Notes: generated by a model from the letters alone, not told the origin. 63,084 nt of DNA, filler included, from Parachlamydiales bacterium (GCA_020051075.1; 5 parts of 5 records of this genome joined end to end with filler, not necessarily neighbours in it); one strand, 5' to 3'; counted from the whole stretch's first letter, positions 19,351 through 31,503 are shown. Made by a program: numbers and translations.

Positions 19351-19950
19351 ATGTCTTTATTCAGTATCACACTCGTCTTATTGCTGATCATGGATCCACT
19401 AGGGAATATCAATTCTTATTTATCACTCGTTAATGGACTTCCCGCTACACGACAAAAATTCATTGTCATACGAGAAATGTGCATTGCTTTAGCGATTATG
19501 ATGCTTTTCAACTTTGTTGGAGAGCATATTTTTGACTTCCTAGACCTTTCCGAGACAACTGTTCGCCTCTCATCAGGAGTCATTCTCTTTCTCATTGCGA
19601 TCAAAATTTTGTTTACCTCTAGCGATAACCCTCGTGCAAACTTGCCTGAAGGGGAACCGTTTATCTTTCCTATCGCTGTCCCGTTGATCGCTGGCCCAGC
19701 TTTGTTGGCAACGATCATGCTCTACGCGCATTTAGAGCATACTGAGTCAATCATGTTCGGAGCAATCCTCATCGCATGGTTTCTCGCCATCTTGATATTA
19801 GTCTGCGGCAAGCAGATAAAGAAAGTGTTGGGACAGAACGGGCTTGTCGCTTGCGAGCGTTTAATTGGAATGGTCCTTGTCCTCATTGCAATTCAACGCA
19901 TGCTAGAAGGCGTTATCCTCTTTTGGACGACCTATCCTAATCCTGCTTAA
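19351..19950 (+). CDS. MarC family membrane protein (second paralog)
   Basis: MDPLGN, GEPFIFPIAVPLIAGP, ERLIGMVL. Confidence 0.93.
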   Translation: MSLFSITLVLLLIMDPLGNINSYLSLVNGLPATRQKFIVIREMCIALAIMMLFNFVGEHIFDFLDLSETTVRLSSGVILFLIAIKILFTSSDNPRANLPEGEPFIFPIAVPLIAGPALLATIMLYAHLEHTESIMFGAILIAWFLAILILVCGKQIKKVLGQNGLVACERLIGMVLVLIAIQRMLEGVILFWTTYPNPA

Positions 19951-20070
19951 GCCGTTATTGCTCAAAAGTACTTGTCCGTAATAGGTGTAAATTTTATACT
20001 TTCCCTCTCAAGAGCTCCAATAAAAGCAGGAGAATCTTCAATTTTTTTTATTGGACGCAATTTTAATTGA

Positions 20071-20280
20071 GCCGCTTATAGAATTGAGCAGAATCTTGCA
20101 AGACCTGATATTCAAGAGAAATTAAACGAATATCCAGGTGCTTTGGAGTTTTTCAGAGCAGTCCTCAACTGCAACTCAGATGAACGTCCACTCCCTTCAC
20201 AAGCACTTCAACAGTGGAATCAGATCGTTACTACTGGTTTCCCCGCTCTAGCCGAACGTCTACTTTTAATTGCACCCTAA
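20071..20280 (+). pseudogene. Probable C-terminal remnant of a Ser/Thr protein kinase
   Basis: Start-less frame ...ALEFFRAVLNCNSDERPLPSQALQQW... resembles kinase subdomain XI. Confidence 0.45.
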
Positions 20281-20351
20281 CTCATTCCTTGAAAAAGAAT
20301 CGTCAGTTGGGCAATATGTTCGCAAAAACCTGAATTCAAGGAACAATACTC

Positions 20352-22364
20352 ATGCGTAGATCTATCTGTTATTGTGAGCCTACTTACGCACTTGCTGGAG
20401 AGGCAAAAACATGGAAGTTCATCTATACCCCATCCACAAACCTTCCTAAAGGGACGAAGCTGAAATTTGACCTACAGACAAAAGGAAGAGAAATTGACTG
20501 GGAAATCCCCTCAACGAACTTGAAGCAGGGAGGCGGAGTGATTTACGCTCTGCTAGGAAAAGGCAAAGTCCTCTCTCCCATTGAAATAGACGTCCCCGAT
20601 AGCTTCGCTCCACAATATGAGTTTACCCTCCCCTCTCCTCTTCAAGCTGGAGAAACCTTCACGATCGTTCTTGGAGCTAAAACTGAAGAAGAAGCCAAAA
20701 AGAAAGAAGGCGGAACCATCCGCGCGCAAACCAGCGGACAGCGGCGGCGCCCATTTCTCCTCTATATCGACACCACAGGAAAAGGGCGTTTTGAAGAACC
20801 TGAACTCTTTGCGATGGATGTCAGGGGGAATGTCCTTTCAAACATACGAATTGTCGCTCCTTCCTTCGTCATAAAAAACAAACGCTTTGACGTCATTGTC
20901 CGCTTTGAAGATGAATTTGGGAATTTAACCAGCAACGCCCATGATGATACGTTGATTGAGCTTTCTCATGAACACCTCAGAGAAAACCTTAACTGGAAGC
21001 TATTTATCCCAGAGACGGGCTACATCTCCCTCCCCAACCTGTATTTCAATGATGAGGGAACGTATACGATACAACTGCGCAATACACATACCAAAGAGCT
21101 TTTCCGTTCGTCCCCCATCCGCTGCTTCTCGGAAAATTCAAACCTCCTATTATGGGGATTGCTTCACGGCGAATCTGACCGCTTCGATTCGACAGAAAAT
21201 ATTGAGAACTGTTTAAGACATTTCCGCGATGATCGGGCGTTCAATTTCTACGGCGTCTCCCCCTTTGAAAACCAGGAAGAGACTCCAAACGACGTATGGA
21301 AGCATATTCTACAACATGTTGCAGACTTTGATGAAAATGACCGCTTCACCACCTTTGCCGGTTTTCAATGGGAAGGGGAGAATAAAATAGAAGGCAGCCA
21401 TGTCTTAGTCTATGCTAAAGAGAACAGGCCCATCTACAGAAGAAAAGACCTCAAAAGCAATACCTTAAAGAAAATCTATAAGAGCGTCCCGCCGAAAGAG
21501 CTCGTTGCCATTCCCTCACTCACAATGGCAAAGGGGATGGAATACAACTTCGAGAACTTCGATCCCGATTTTGAACGAGTCGTTGAGATCTACAACTCCT
21601 GGGGCTGTTCAGAAATGACCAAGAAAGAGGGAAATACCCATCCCATCAGCTCTTCAGGTTCTCCAGGCTATCAAGAATCGCCCACCGGTTCTGTCTTGAA
21701 AGCTCTCATGGAGAATTACCGCTTTGGTTTCGTCGCAGGAGGCTTGGACGACAGAGGAATGTATTCGAATTTATTTGATAGCGACCAAGAGCAATACTCC
21801 CCTGGATTGACGGCAATTATTTCCACGACACATTCGCGTGAAGGGCTCATCGAAGCTATTTACAACCGCTCCTGCTATGCGACAACAGGAGAAAGAATCA
21901 TCATCGGCCTCTATATCGCCGGCATGCCCATGGGGAAAGAGGTCAGCACCGCTGACAAACCCGGATTAGCCGTCAACCGCCACATCTCAGGGTATGTTGC
22001 AGGAACAACAAAATTAGCCAAGGTGGAAATTATCCGGAATGGCAAGGTGATTAAAACCTTGGAATCAGACACCTACCATCTTGATTTCACCTATGATGAC
22101 ATGTCTCCGTTGGAGAAAGTCGTTCAAAAAGCCAAAGATAAGAAACCTCCATTTGTCTTTTATTACCTCCGCGTGACTCAGATAGATGGCCACATGGCGT
22201 GGAGTTCACCGATTTGGATCGATTATATCCCGCTGTCGGCGCTGCCTAAGACTCCAAAGAAAGCCCTGCCCGTTAAACCGACTCCACCTAAAGACGATTT
22301 CCTTGAGGAAGATGACTTTGAGGATGAAGATGAGGACTTTGACGATTATGAGGATGAAGAATAA
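20352..22364 (+). CDS. DUF3604-like conserved chlamydial protein (PHP-like fold, acidic tail)
   Basis: [51 protein letters not shown]. Confidence 0.8.
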   Translation: MRRSICYCEPTYALAGEAKTWKFIYTPSTNLPKGTKLKFDLQTKGREIDWEIPSTNLKQGGGVIYALLGKGKVLSPIEIDVPDSFAPQYEFTLPSPLQAGETFTIVLGAKTEEEAKKKEGGTIRAQTSGQRRRPFLLYIDTTGKGRFEEPELFAMDVRGNVLSNIRIVAPSFVIKNKRFDVIVRFEDEFGNLTSNAHDDTLIELSHEHLRENLNWKLFIPETGYISLPNLYFNDEGTYTIQLRNTHTKELFRSSPIRCFSENSNLLLWGLLHGESDRFDSTENIENCLRHFRDDRAFNFYGVSPFENQEETPNDVWKHILQHVADFDENDRFTTFAGFQWEGENKIEGSHVLVYAKENRPIYRRKDLKSNTLKKIYKSVPPKELVAIPSLTMAKGMEYNFENFDPDFERVVEIYNSWGCSEMTKKEGNTHPISSSGSPGYQESPTGSVLKALMENYRFGFVAGGLDDRGMYSNLFDSDQEQYSPGLTAIISTTHSREGLIEAIYNRSCYATTGERIIIGLYIAGMPMGKEVSTADKPGLAVNRHISGYVAGTTKLAKVEIIRNGKVIKTLESDTYHLDFTYDDMSPLEKVVQKAKDKKPPFVFYYLRVTQIDGHMAWSSPIWIDYIPLSALPKTPKKALPVKPTPPKDDFLEEDDFEDEDEDFDDYEDEE

Positions 22365-22374
22365 CCTCTCTAGG

Positions 22375-23478
<1,104 letters not shown>

Positions 23479-23527
23479 CGTCAGGGAAATGACATGAAGA
23501 ATTTACGAATTTGCACAACTTCGACTC

Positions 23528-23655
23528 CCCTTTCAAAAAGTAACGCTGCCAGATCCATTTCCTACCATCGTTCCTATCCTTCCCATCCTGTAAAATTTAA
23601 CAGGATGGGGAGGATAGGGAAGATGGGGCAGGATAGTATGTTACTAAGGGATTAG
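23528..23655. repeat. ~130-bp palindromic element (inside-out AGGAT arms); inverted homolog at 42865-42995
   Basis: Core ATCCTGT-aaaattta-ACAGGAT; flanks align to the reverse complement of 42865-42995. Confidence 0.8.
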
Positions 23656-23745
23656 GGTAAATGACTTACGAATTTATCAAAATAGTCGTAAATTCCTCCT
23701 GCAATTTCACTGATTATAAAATTAATATTGGAAAAAGCATCTAAA

Positions 23746-24684
<939 letters not shown>

Positions 24685-24711
24685 GATTAAACTTTTAGTT
24701 ACAAGGTTCAG

Positions 24712-25779
24712 ATGATTAGGAATTTAAAATTATATATATACACGATATTAATGACGCTTCCTCTCATATTTTTTTCAACTCCAATTTATTCTGAACCAAT
24801 GGAAAGTGCTGCTGCTGACAACATTCTAAATGATCGTAAAATCGAAGATGAAATGATTTTCATGCGATCTCGAAAAGAACATCATCAAAAATGTCATCAC
24901 TGTAAAAAAGTGATTGGACCAACTGGGGTGACAGGAGCAACAGGTCCCCAGGGTATCACTGGAGATCAAGGGGCAACCGGTCCTGTAGGAATAACAGGTG
25001 CCAGAGGAGATACAGGCGAGAGAGGTATTAGAGGAGCAACAGGCTCTATTGGAGCGACAGGAGCGACTGGATTAACTGGGATGATAGGGTCTATAGGGAT
25101 GACCGGAACCACGGGAGGAACAGGACTGACTGGAAACGACGGCCCACAAGGTCCCATCGGCAACACCGGTGCAAATGCTCCGGCCAACGATAACTATCTT
25201 TTTGTCTATCTTGGTGCAACTGCTGAATTAAAAAATTGTCAATCTGATGACGCTTGTCGTTTTAATATCGCTTTTGACACAGTGGGAACAGGATCTCCGA
25301 ATTGGCTGGCTGGAATCACTGGTCCAACTTTTGATACCTTTACCGTTCCACAAGATGGAGTTTATTATGTGTCATATAATGCTCAAGGCTTGCTATCCCA
25401 ACAACAATATGTCATTCGGTTTATCAACCAAGGTGCGGGTGTGACAGGGCTGGATGGATATACAAGCCTCCAACTTTCATCAGGGATTGCTGAGCAAAAT
25501 CTTGGAAGATCCGCTCTCGTTCAACTTAATCTAAACGACCAGATTTCAGTAGAAATAAGTGCTCAAGCAATATCAGGTGGACTTGATCTTATCTTACCAC
25601 AACCCGCGCCGGGAGATCTCTCTGGATCTATTAGCGATACACCTTACTATACCCCTTTTTCAACAGCTTCCTTTTCGATTTTCCTGGTCGATCCCAACCC
25701 TCCACAAATGGTTCCTTCACCAGAGAAAAGGGTCAGGGAGCCGTGTCCTTGCCGTTCTGCTTCGACAAAAGAGGGATAA
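24712..25779 (+). CDS. Secreted collagen-like protein with BclA/C1q-like domain (paralog 3)
   Basis: Signal peptide, HHQKCHHC, 29 Gly-X-Y, FTVPQDGVYYV, STASFSIFLV. Confidence 0.85.
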   Translation: MIRNLKLYIYTILMTLPLIFFSTPIYSEPMESAAADNILNDRKIEDEMIFMRSRKEHHQKCHHCKKVIGPTGVTGATGPQGITGDQGATGPVGITGARGDTGERGIRGATGSIGATGATGLTGMIGSIGMTGTTGGTGLTGNDGPQGPIGNTGANAPANDNYLFVYLGATAELKNCQSDDACRFNIAFDTVGTGSPNWLAGITGPTFDTFTVPQDGVYYVSYNAQGLLSQQQYVIRFINQGAGVTGLDGYTSLQLSSGIAEQNLGRSALVQLNLNDQISVEISAQAISGGLDLILPQPAPGDLSGSISDTPYYTPFSTASFSIFLVDPNPPQMVPSPEKRVREPCPCRSASTKEG

Positions 25780-26509
25780 ACCGACACTTCGTCGGTTCAT
25801 AAAAGGAGATCTCCCCCGTTTCGATGCAGTAATACCACCCATGGAGGTTGACTTTGTTTTCTTCCACGAGTTTTTTTACCGTTGGATAACTCATCAGATG
25901 ATCAAGCTGTAACACAACAGAAACCTGCTCAGCGATTCTGTAGAGTTCTTGCGCTGGAGTCCCTTGCTTAGCCGAAGACATCGTGATCCGTTTAGCCTCC
26001 TCTCCCCAACGGAGCCATCGGCGTAAAATCGTCAGCTGACCCGGATCGATTGTTTTAAATAACGCCTCGATAGCGCCGCAGTGAGAATGACCACAGACGA
26101 TGACATCGCGCACTTTGAGCACTTCCACAGCATATTGAATCGTCGCCGACACTCCATCATCCCCCTCTGGATTATAGGAAGGAACAAAATTTCCTGCTGT
26201 CCTCAGGACGAAGAGGTCGCCTGGCCCCGTGCTTAAGATTAAATCAGGGATGATCCTGGAGTCACTGCATCCAATAAAGAGCGTCTGCGGACTCTGGCCA
26301 TCTTTAACTAAGCGGACAAATTCCTGTTCATGCTGCTGGAATACAACATTTTTAAAGTATTCATGACCTTGAGCATAATTCAGAGTTTGGTTGAGGAGCT
26401 CTTCCCGTTCAGCTGGCGTCGGTACATTTGTTGTCGCTTGTTGACTTTCTCCTCGAAGTGGAATGAAACCGATCAACATTCCTATAAACAGATAGATGAA
26501 CCTTCTCAT
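25733..26509 (-). CDS. Beta-class carbonic anhydrase with N-terminal signal-like peptide
   Basis: GQSP..LFIGCSDSR, GPGDLFVLRTAGN, VCGHSHCGA, LHGWYY. Confidence 0.95.
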   Translation of the reverse strand: MRRFIYLFIGMLIGFIPLRGESQQATTNVPTPAEREELLNQTLNYAQGHEYFKNVVFQQHEQEFVRLVKDGQSPQTLFIGCSDSRIIPDLILSTGPGDLFVLRTAGNFVPSYNPEGDDGVSATIQYAVEVLKVRDVIVCGHSHCGAIEALFKTIDPGQLTILRRWLRWGEEAKRITMSSAKQGTPAQELYRIAEQVSVVLQLDHLMSYPTVKKLVEENKVNLHGWYYCIETGEISFYEPTKCRFIPLLSKQNGKDTAP

Positions 26510-26591
26510 GAACGACTCCTTTTAATCTGAGTTTTGTTTTTATATTAGATAGAGCATAGACGATAAAAATGTCAGCAAAAATCTATCAAGT

Positions 26592-26754
26592 TATACTGCA
26601 CGCGGGTAGGCTTTGGAGTTTTATGCAGCGCGAAAGCTCCCGCGGTTAAACGATCGTAAGTCGGTCAATATTAGCGATATGAACCGACTTACGATCGTTT
26701 AACCCCGGGGCTTTGGCGCAGCAGAAAACTTCAAATCCTACCGCTTGCAGTATA
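26592..26754. mobile_element. 163-bp palindromic MITE with TATAC termini (IS630/Tc1-type non-autonomous element)
   Basis: TATACTGCA...TGCAGTATA ends; self-complementary throughout, core GGTTAAACGATCGTAAGTCGG/CCGACTTACGATCGTTTAACC. Confidence 0.7.
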
Positions 26755-26814
26755 CTCTTGCACATTCTAAAATGTTCTGATATCCTCCACCCTCTGATAA
26801 AAAAGGAGAAACTT

Positions 26815-27072
26815 GTGTCAAACTTATTCCTCACACTCATCATCGCTTTTGTGATCATCGTCTTAGCAATCGCTTGCTTAGCCATCGGATGGCTCATCAC
26901 AGGTAAAACCCGTTTACAGAAAGGGGCATGCGGGCGGGACCCCACCAAAAAGCAGGATGAAAGTTGTCAATCGATCTGTGAGATATGTACGCATCCTGAG
27001 ACAGAACAAACGAAAGAAACACCGCTTGATAAAAAAGATGAAAGCCACGAGTCAACCCAAGACCATGTATAG
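26815..27072 (+). CDS. Small membrane protein, DUF539/NqrM-like (TM helix + GACG + Cys cluster)
   Basis: AGGAG SD before GTG 26815; TM helix then KGACG..C..C..C. Confidence 0.6.
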   Translation: MSNLFLTLIIAFVIIVLAIACLAIGWLITGKTRLQKGACGRDPTKKQDESCQSICEICTHPETEQTKETPLDKKDESHESTQDHV

Positions 27073-27796
27073 CAAAGACTCCCCTCAAACCATTCAGTCG
27101 ATGTTCGATAGCATTGCCGAGGGATACGACCGAACGAATTTCGTCCTCTCGCTCTCGCTGCACAGACGCTGGAATCGAAGCCTCGTCAACGCTGTGAAAG
27201 CCAGAGCGCCAGGCCCTTTCCTTGTAGACTTGTGTGCTGGGACCGGCGACATCGCCTTCGATTATCTTAACAACATAACCACCGCTGGACATGCCGTTTT
27301 AATCGATTTCTCCCCTAAAATGCTAGATCTGGCCAAAAAGAAGGCGTTGACGCCTTCTCTCAGTCGACATCAAATTGAATTCATCGAAAGCGATGTACAG
27401 CAGCTTCCCCTCAGAGATAACCTGGCGGACTGCGCCACCATCGCTTATGGAATACGCAACGTCAAAGAGCCCATCCGCTGTATAGAAGAAACGCTGAGGG
27501 TTTTGAAACCAGGAGGCTGCCTAGGCATCCTCGAATTGACTCGTCCTCACTCGCGCTTACTGTCTTGGGGACACCGGATCTACATGAAAATGCTCTCTCC
27601 ATTCATAGGGAAGATGATCGCCGACAACCCAGACGCCTACCACTACCTGACAAATAGCATCCAGGCATTTGCATCGCCGGACGAACTCGCAGCCATGATG
27701 CGTTCGGTTGGATTCACCGACGTTCAATCCACTCCCCTCTTCGGAGGAATCGCCACGATCATCCTCGGGCAGAAGCCCAAAGAGCCAACCCCATGA
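27038..27796 (+). CDS. menG: Demethylmenaquinone methyltransferase (UbiE/MenG)
   Basis: MFDSIA..YDRTN..LS..LHRRW, DLCAGTGD, AYGIRNV, RVLKPGG, AYHYL..SI. Confidence 0.93.
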   Translation: MKATSQPKTMYSKDSPQTIQSMFDSIAEGYDRTNFVLSLSLHRRWNRSLVNAVKARAPGPFLVDLCAGTGDIAFDYLNNITTAGHAVLIDFSPKMLDLAKKKALTPSLSRHQIEFIESDVQQLPLRDNLADCATIAYGIRNVKEPIRCIEETLRVLKPGGCLGILELTRPHSRLLSWGHRIYMKMLSPFIGKMIADNPDAYHYLTNSIQAFASPDELAAMMRSVGFTDVQSTPLFGGIATIILGQKPKEPTP

Positions 27797-28209
27797 CTTT
27801 TCGTTCCTCGATTTATGTTCCTTTTCACCTTGCTGATCCGGGAGGAGTCCTCTTCTTTGGACATGCCTTCTCCCTTGCGCACGAAGCGTATGAACAGCTC
27901 GTCCAAAGTGAATGGGGCTTTATCTGGGGGGATTGGTTTCAAAATCCTGATTGGGTTGTCCCAATTAAAAAAGCCGAAGCGAATTATCTTGCGCCGATAC
28001 AAGCAGGACAAGCATGCCTCATCGAAGTGGAGGTCGCTGCCGTTTCCACCTCTTCCTTTACATTGAAGTCGGTGTTATCTCAGCAGACTCCCTGCTGCGA
28101 AGTGTTCACCGTCCACGTTTTCTGCGACCGAGCCACCAAAAAGAAGCAGCCTATTCCCCAAGGTGTGGCAAAACAGATCCAGCTGAACACAACCCCCACG
28201 CTCTCATAG
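27793..28209 (+). CDS. Hotdog-fold acyl-CoA thioesterase (probable DHNA-CoA hydrolase)
   Basis: F..ADPGGVLFF, HEAYE, PI..AEANY; ATGA-coupled to menG. Confidence 0.8.
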   Translation: MTFRSSIYVPFHLADPGGVLFFGHAFSLAHEAYEQLVQSEWGFIWGDWFQNPDWVVPIKKAEANYLAPIQAGQACLIEVEVAAVSTSSFTLKSVLSQQTPCCEVFTVHVFCDRATKKKQPIPQGVAKQIQLNTTPTLS

Positions 28210-28264
28210 TCACTGCATTGCAACTGCCCAGCATAAATAAACAGGGATATACAGGCATACGCAT

Positions 28265-28343
28265 CAGTTGCTATGCTGGATTTCGAGTCGATCTTATAAA
28301 GATCTTTCTTGAAAAAGAGCGAACACTCCAATTAATGTGTTTA
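28265..28343 (+). mobile_element. End of a multicopy element (probable IS), cut by contig end
   Basis: 79 bp identical to the reverse complement of 43173-43251; both copies lie at assembly gaps. Confidence 0.7.
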
Positions 28344-28443
28344 NNNNNNNNNNNNNNNNNNNNNNNNNNNNNNNNNNNNNNNNNNNNTTAATTAATTAAN
28401 NNNNNNNNNNNNNNNNNNNNNNNNNNNNNNNNNNNNNNNNNNN
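28344..28443. other. Artificial contig linker
   Basis: N44-TTAATTAATTAA-N44. Confidence 0.99.
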
Positions 28444-28736
28444 AGGATAGGTAGGATCGCTTCGCGGCAGGATAGGCAGGATAGGTAGGATCGCTTCGCG
28501 GCAGGATAGGCAGGATAGGTAGGATCGCTTCGCGGCAGGATAACCATGATGATAAGAAAAATCCGACAAATATCTTACAAAAAAATAGAGAAAAATTTGT
28601 CTCATCTTATCATCACTATCTATCTATCTATCCAATCCTTTCTATCCTACCGCGAAGCGATCCTACCTATCCTACCTATCCTACCTATCCTACCTATCCT
28701 ACCTATCCTGTTTTGTCCTTTTTGTTTATCCTGCAC
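28444..28736. repeat. Family A inverted-repeat element (AGGATAGG units) with expanded arms
   Basis: Same GGATCGCTTCGCGGCAGGATA module, GATGATAAGA inner ends and TCCTGTTTTGTCC tail as 14362-14576. Confidence 0.88.
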
Positions 28737-28768
28737 ATCTTGTTTAGCAGGAAGGGATTTGGATAGTG

Positions 28769-29935
28769 TCAGAGTGCATTTTTTGCTCGGACATAACTCC
28801 GAACGCTTTCGATCACCTTCCTAGCGTATGGATTAGGATATTGGTTATAGACCTGCTCATATTCGGGTTTCCATTGCAGGGGGCCGAAAGGAGGAATGAC
28901 GCGGTCTTCTCCTTCTGCATAGTCCAGTTTATCGGACAGATGTGCTGTAGTGTGCACGAAATATCGATCGATATGAATCTGACAGTTTTCTCCTAGAGGT
29001 AAGATGACATGATCCTCATTCGTAAAATTTCTATTCTCCACACTGATATCCAATAGCTTTAACTCGGGGAATGGAACACCCGATGACTCATACCAGCTGA
29101 GCAACACTTTCAAAAATGAGGCGATACTCCCTCCCGTCCCAATCAGATCAATCACATAAATATTTCCACAAGCTCCCAGTTGTAGAGGACACACTCCTTT
29201 ATCTCGCAAAATTTGTTTATAGTATGACAGAGAGTTGGGTACGATCACATTCGACAGCTGCAGGCTTCTATAATGTCTATTTAAGCAGGAATAGTCAGGA
29301 GCTCCTGAGCACGGAATCTTGTAAATGAATCTAAAATTTTCGTTGCTTTCATCTTCAGAGATCAATTCTTCGAGTGCCTCGACAATATAAGCTGGGCTTT
29401 GCCCAAGACTTATCAGATGATCTCCGCAAGAAGTCGCTTCTAGTATCTCCTTGGCAGTTTGGTAAATTTCTTCCAGCTCGTCTTCATTAAAATAATGTTC
29501 AGGATCTACCTTCGTCTTTTTAGTGAAGCGTGCAAAGTAAAATTGGGGGGAGAAACTCTCTAAAAAAACTGTTTGCACGTAAGGGTTTTCAAGATAATTG
29601 TCAATTCCCAAACATGGACCGAAGATGAGCAGCCCCTCTTCTGGAGTCAACTCTTCATGCAATAGCGTTTGAATGACAAATTCTCCATTCATCAACGCGT
29701 CGATACGTTCATTTAACTGCGTTAAGATTGAATAATATTCACCTGATAATGACTGCTTTTCTTCGTCTGATAGGGTTTGTATTTTTGTTAGCAAACGATA
29801 ATCTTCTGGTAAATCGCCGTTAATCCGAAATCCTGAGCCGTCAGTAGAAAGGCATTGAAAAGCAGGTGGAAAGATACAACATAGGAGCAGACAGCAAAAT
29901 GCACTTGTTAACTTTGTCATCTCGTGTTCCCTCAC
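28769..29935 (-). CDS. Secreted hypothetical protein with possible PRTase-like motif
   Basis: 388-aa ORF, signal-like N-terminus, LISLGQSPAY and YVIDLIGTGGSI. Confidence 0.65.
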   Translation of the reverse strand: MREHEMTKLTSAFCCLLLCCIFPPAFQCLSTDGSGFRINGDLPEDYRLLTKIQTLSDEEKQSLSGEYYSILTQLNERIDALMNGEFVIQTLLHEELTPEEGLLIFGPCLGIDNYLENPYVQTVFLESFSPQFYFARFTKKTKVDPEHYFNEDELEEIYQTAKEILEATSCGDHLISLGQSPAYIVEALEELISEDESNENFRFIYKIPCSGAPDYSCLNRHYRSLQLSNVIVPNSLSYYKQILRDKGVCPLQLGACGNIYVIDLIGTGGSIASFLKVLLSWYESSGVPFPELKLLDISVENRNFTNEDHVILPLGENCQIHIDRYFVHTTAHLSDKLDYAEGEDRVIPPFGPLQWKPEYEQVYNQYPNPYARKVIESVRSYVRAKNAL

Positions 29936-30082
29936 ATTTTTTTCAAAAATCCTAATCCTGTCGTTTCTATTTATACAAGAAAAAAATGTTGTGGTGTTCT
30001 TGTGCTGCTAGAGACTTGGGGCAATAACCTCTTGTTTGTATATCAGATAAATTTTATTGTGAAAAAAAATGGGGAGAAGGGG

Positions 30083-30766
30083 ATGGCTAAAGAGATAGAA
30101 GTTCAAGTTTATCGCATCGATGTGGAAAAGATGCGAAAAAAATTGGCTAATTTGGGAGCTGTATTTTCTGCTAAAGGTATTCAAAGGCGTTACACTTATA
30201 AGCTTCCTCTTTCTATTATCGAGCAAGGCTTCATAGGCTATATACGCATACGTCATGAGATTGACGGCAAAGTCAAACTCGTCATTAAACGGCGTAAGCA
30301 GTCAGATAAATTTACAGATGAAGTTGAGATTATCAGCGTCAGTTCTCTAGATGATTGTTTTCATTGGCTAAATAGCATGGGGCTGGAACTGTTATCCTAT
30401 GCAGAGCAATACCGTGAGTGTTATCTTTTGCCTGGATTTAAGGAAATTACTTTTGATACCATGCCAGCACTACCCACGTATATGGAATTAGAAGCTGAGT
30501 CGGTTGACCATATTCACACGTTAGCAGAGCAGCTTGGCATTGACGAATCACAATTTAGATATCAAACTTATGCAAATGCCTATCATGAAATTTATGGTAT
30601 TCCCATTTCTGTGATTAACGAGCCCTATAAACACTACGAACCAGGGAAAGCAACGTTAACATTTGCTAATGCTTCACAAGAATTAGGAGCATTTGTTACT
30701 AAAAATCAGGAGGAATTTAAAGAATTAGCTCATGTCCATCGATCCTTGAAATTCAATGAGACTTAG
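30083..30766 (+). CDS. CYTH-domain protein
   Basis: EIEVQ start, YIRIRHE, EQYRE, FDTMPALPTYMELE; GGAG SD upstream. Confidence 0.8.
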   Translation: MAKEIEVQVYRIDVEKMRKKLANLGAVFSAKGIQRRYTYKLPLSIIEQGFIGYIRIRHEIDGKVKLVIKRRKQSDKFTDEVEIISVSSLDDCFHWLNSMGLELLSYAEQYRECYLLPGFKEITFDTMPALPTYMELEAESVDHIHTLAEQLGIDESQFRYQTYANAYHEIYGIPISVINEPYKHYEPGKATLTFANASQELGAFVTKNQEEFKELAHVHRSLKFNET

Positions 30767-31154
30767 CTGCGATAGGTAAACTTGCGCGATTTTCATGAAT
30801 AGAATGGTAAACAGTGACACGAGCCTTGCGATGACGAGGTTTTGATTTAATAACAATGTCTACATCCTGACCAATTTCGTTGAGGAAGTGAATTAAACGT
30901 TCGACTGAATATCCTCTAAACCGTCCACTTAAAAGTTCTGACAATTTCGGTTGAGAGATGCCAAACATTTCGGCAGCTTGTGTTTGTGTGAGCTTTTTCC
31001 TTTTAATAGCTTTACTTATCTCCATGACGAGATTAGATTTTGTTTCCATTTCTTCATAATTTTTCAATCCGAGGTCAGCGTAGACACTTCCCGTACTTAT
31101 TTCTACATTGGTGTCAGCTAGTTCTTCTTCATATGTTCTTCTTTTTTTCATCAT
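30753..31154 (-). CDS. XRE-family HTH antitoxin (HigA-like)
   Basis: STGSVYADLG, LTQTQAAEMFGISQPKLS.LL.GRF.GYSVERL. Confidence 0.9.
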   Translation of the reverse strand: MMKKRRTYEEELADTNVEISTGSVYADLGLKNYEEMETKSNLVMEISKAIKRKKLTQTQAAEMFGISQPKLSELLSGRFRGYSVERLIHFLNEIGQDVDIVIKSKPRHRKARVTVYHSIHENRASLPIAAKSH

Positions 31155-31503
31155 TTCCTCCGTTCAAGCAACCACTTTTCATATTCTTGTTTTGCAAGTT
31201 TAAATCGGCTTTGAATCAGATCTACATCTTGTTTAGGTGTTGCGATGCCCTGTTTTGATTTTTTTTGAAATACATGTAATACTGCAATAGCCTCTTTGAA
31301 TTTTACAGTATAAACAGCTCGATAAGTCCCCCCTGTATTGTTTTCGACTATTTCCAATACTGCTGCACTTCCAAATCCTTTAAAAGGTTTAGCCTTGTTG
31401 CTTTTCTCACCTTTTTGGGCTTGAAAGAGCGAACATCATCTGGCATAGAAATAAGATCACTTTTAGTCGATGCAACCCAGATAATTGGCTTTACTTTTAC
31501 CAT
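31151..31503 (-). pseudogene. RelE/HigB (Gp49-like) toxin split by an internal deletion/frameshift
   Basis: Frame 1 MVKVKPIIWVASTKSDLISMPDDV; frame 2 LFQAQKG..AKPFKGFGSAAVLEIV..GTYRAVY..LHVFQKKSKQGIATP. Confidence 0.85.

Noticed and set aside
18733..19950. Tandem marC genes as an antibiotic-resistance locus
   Set aside because: MarC proteins are not resistance determinants and the tandem pair is ordinary in Chlamydiae
22186..22374. N-terminal extension of collagen gene 1 overlapping the DUF3604 gene
   Set aside because: Shadow of the upstream acidic tail; the signal peptide starts at ATG 22375
28396..28824. ORFs with ILPILPILP repeats (also 14465-14680, 18090-18278, 62814-63050)
   Set aside because: Translations of non-coding repeat elements; no SD or protein-like context
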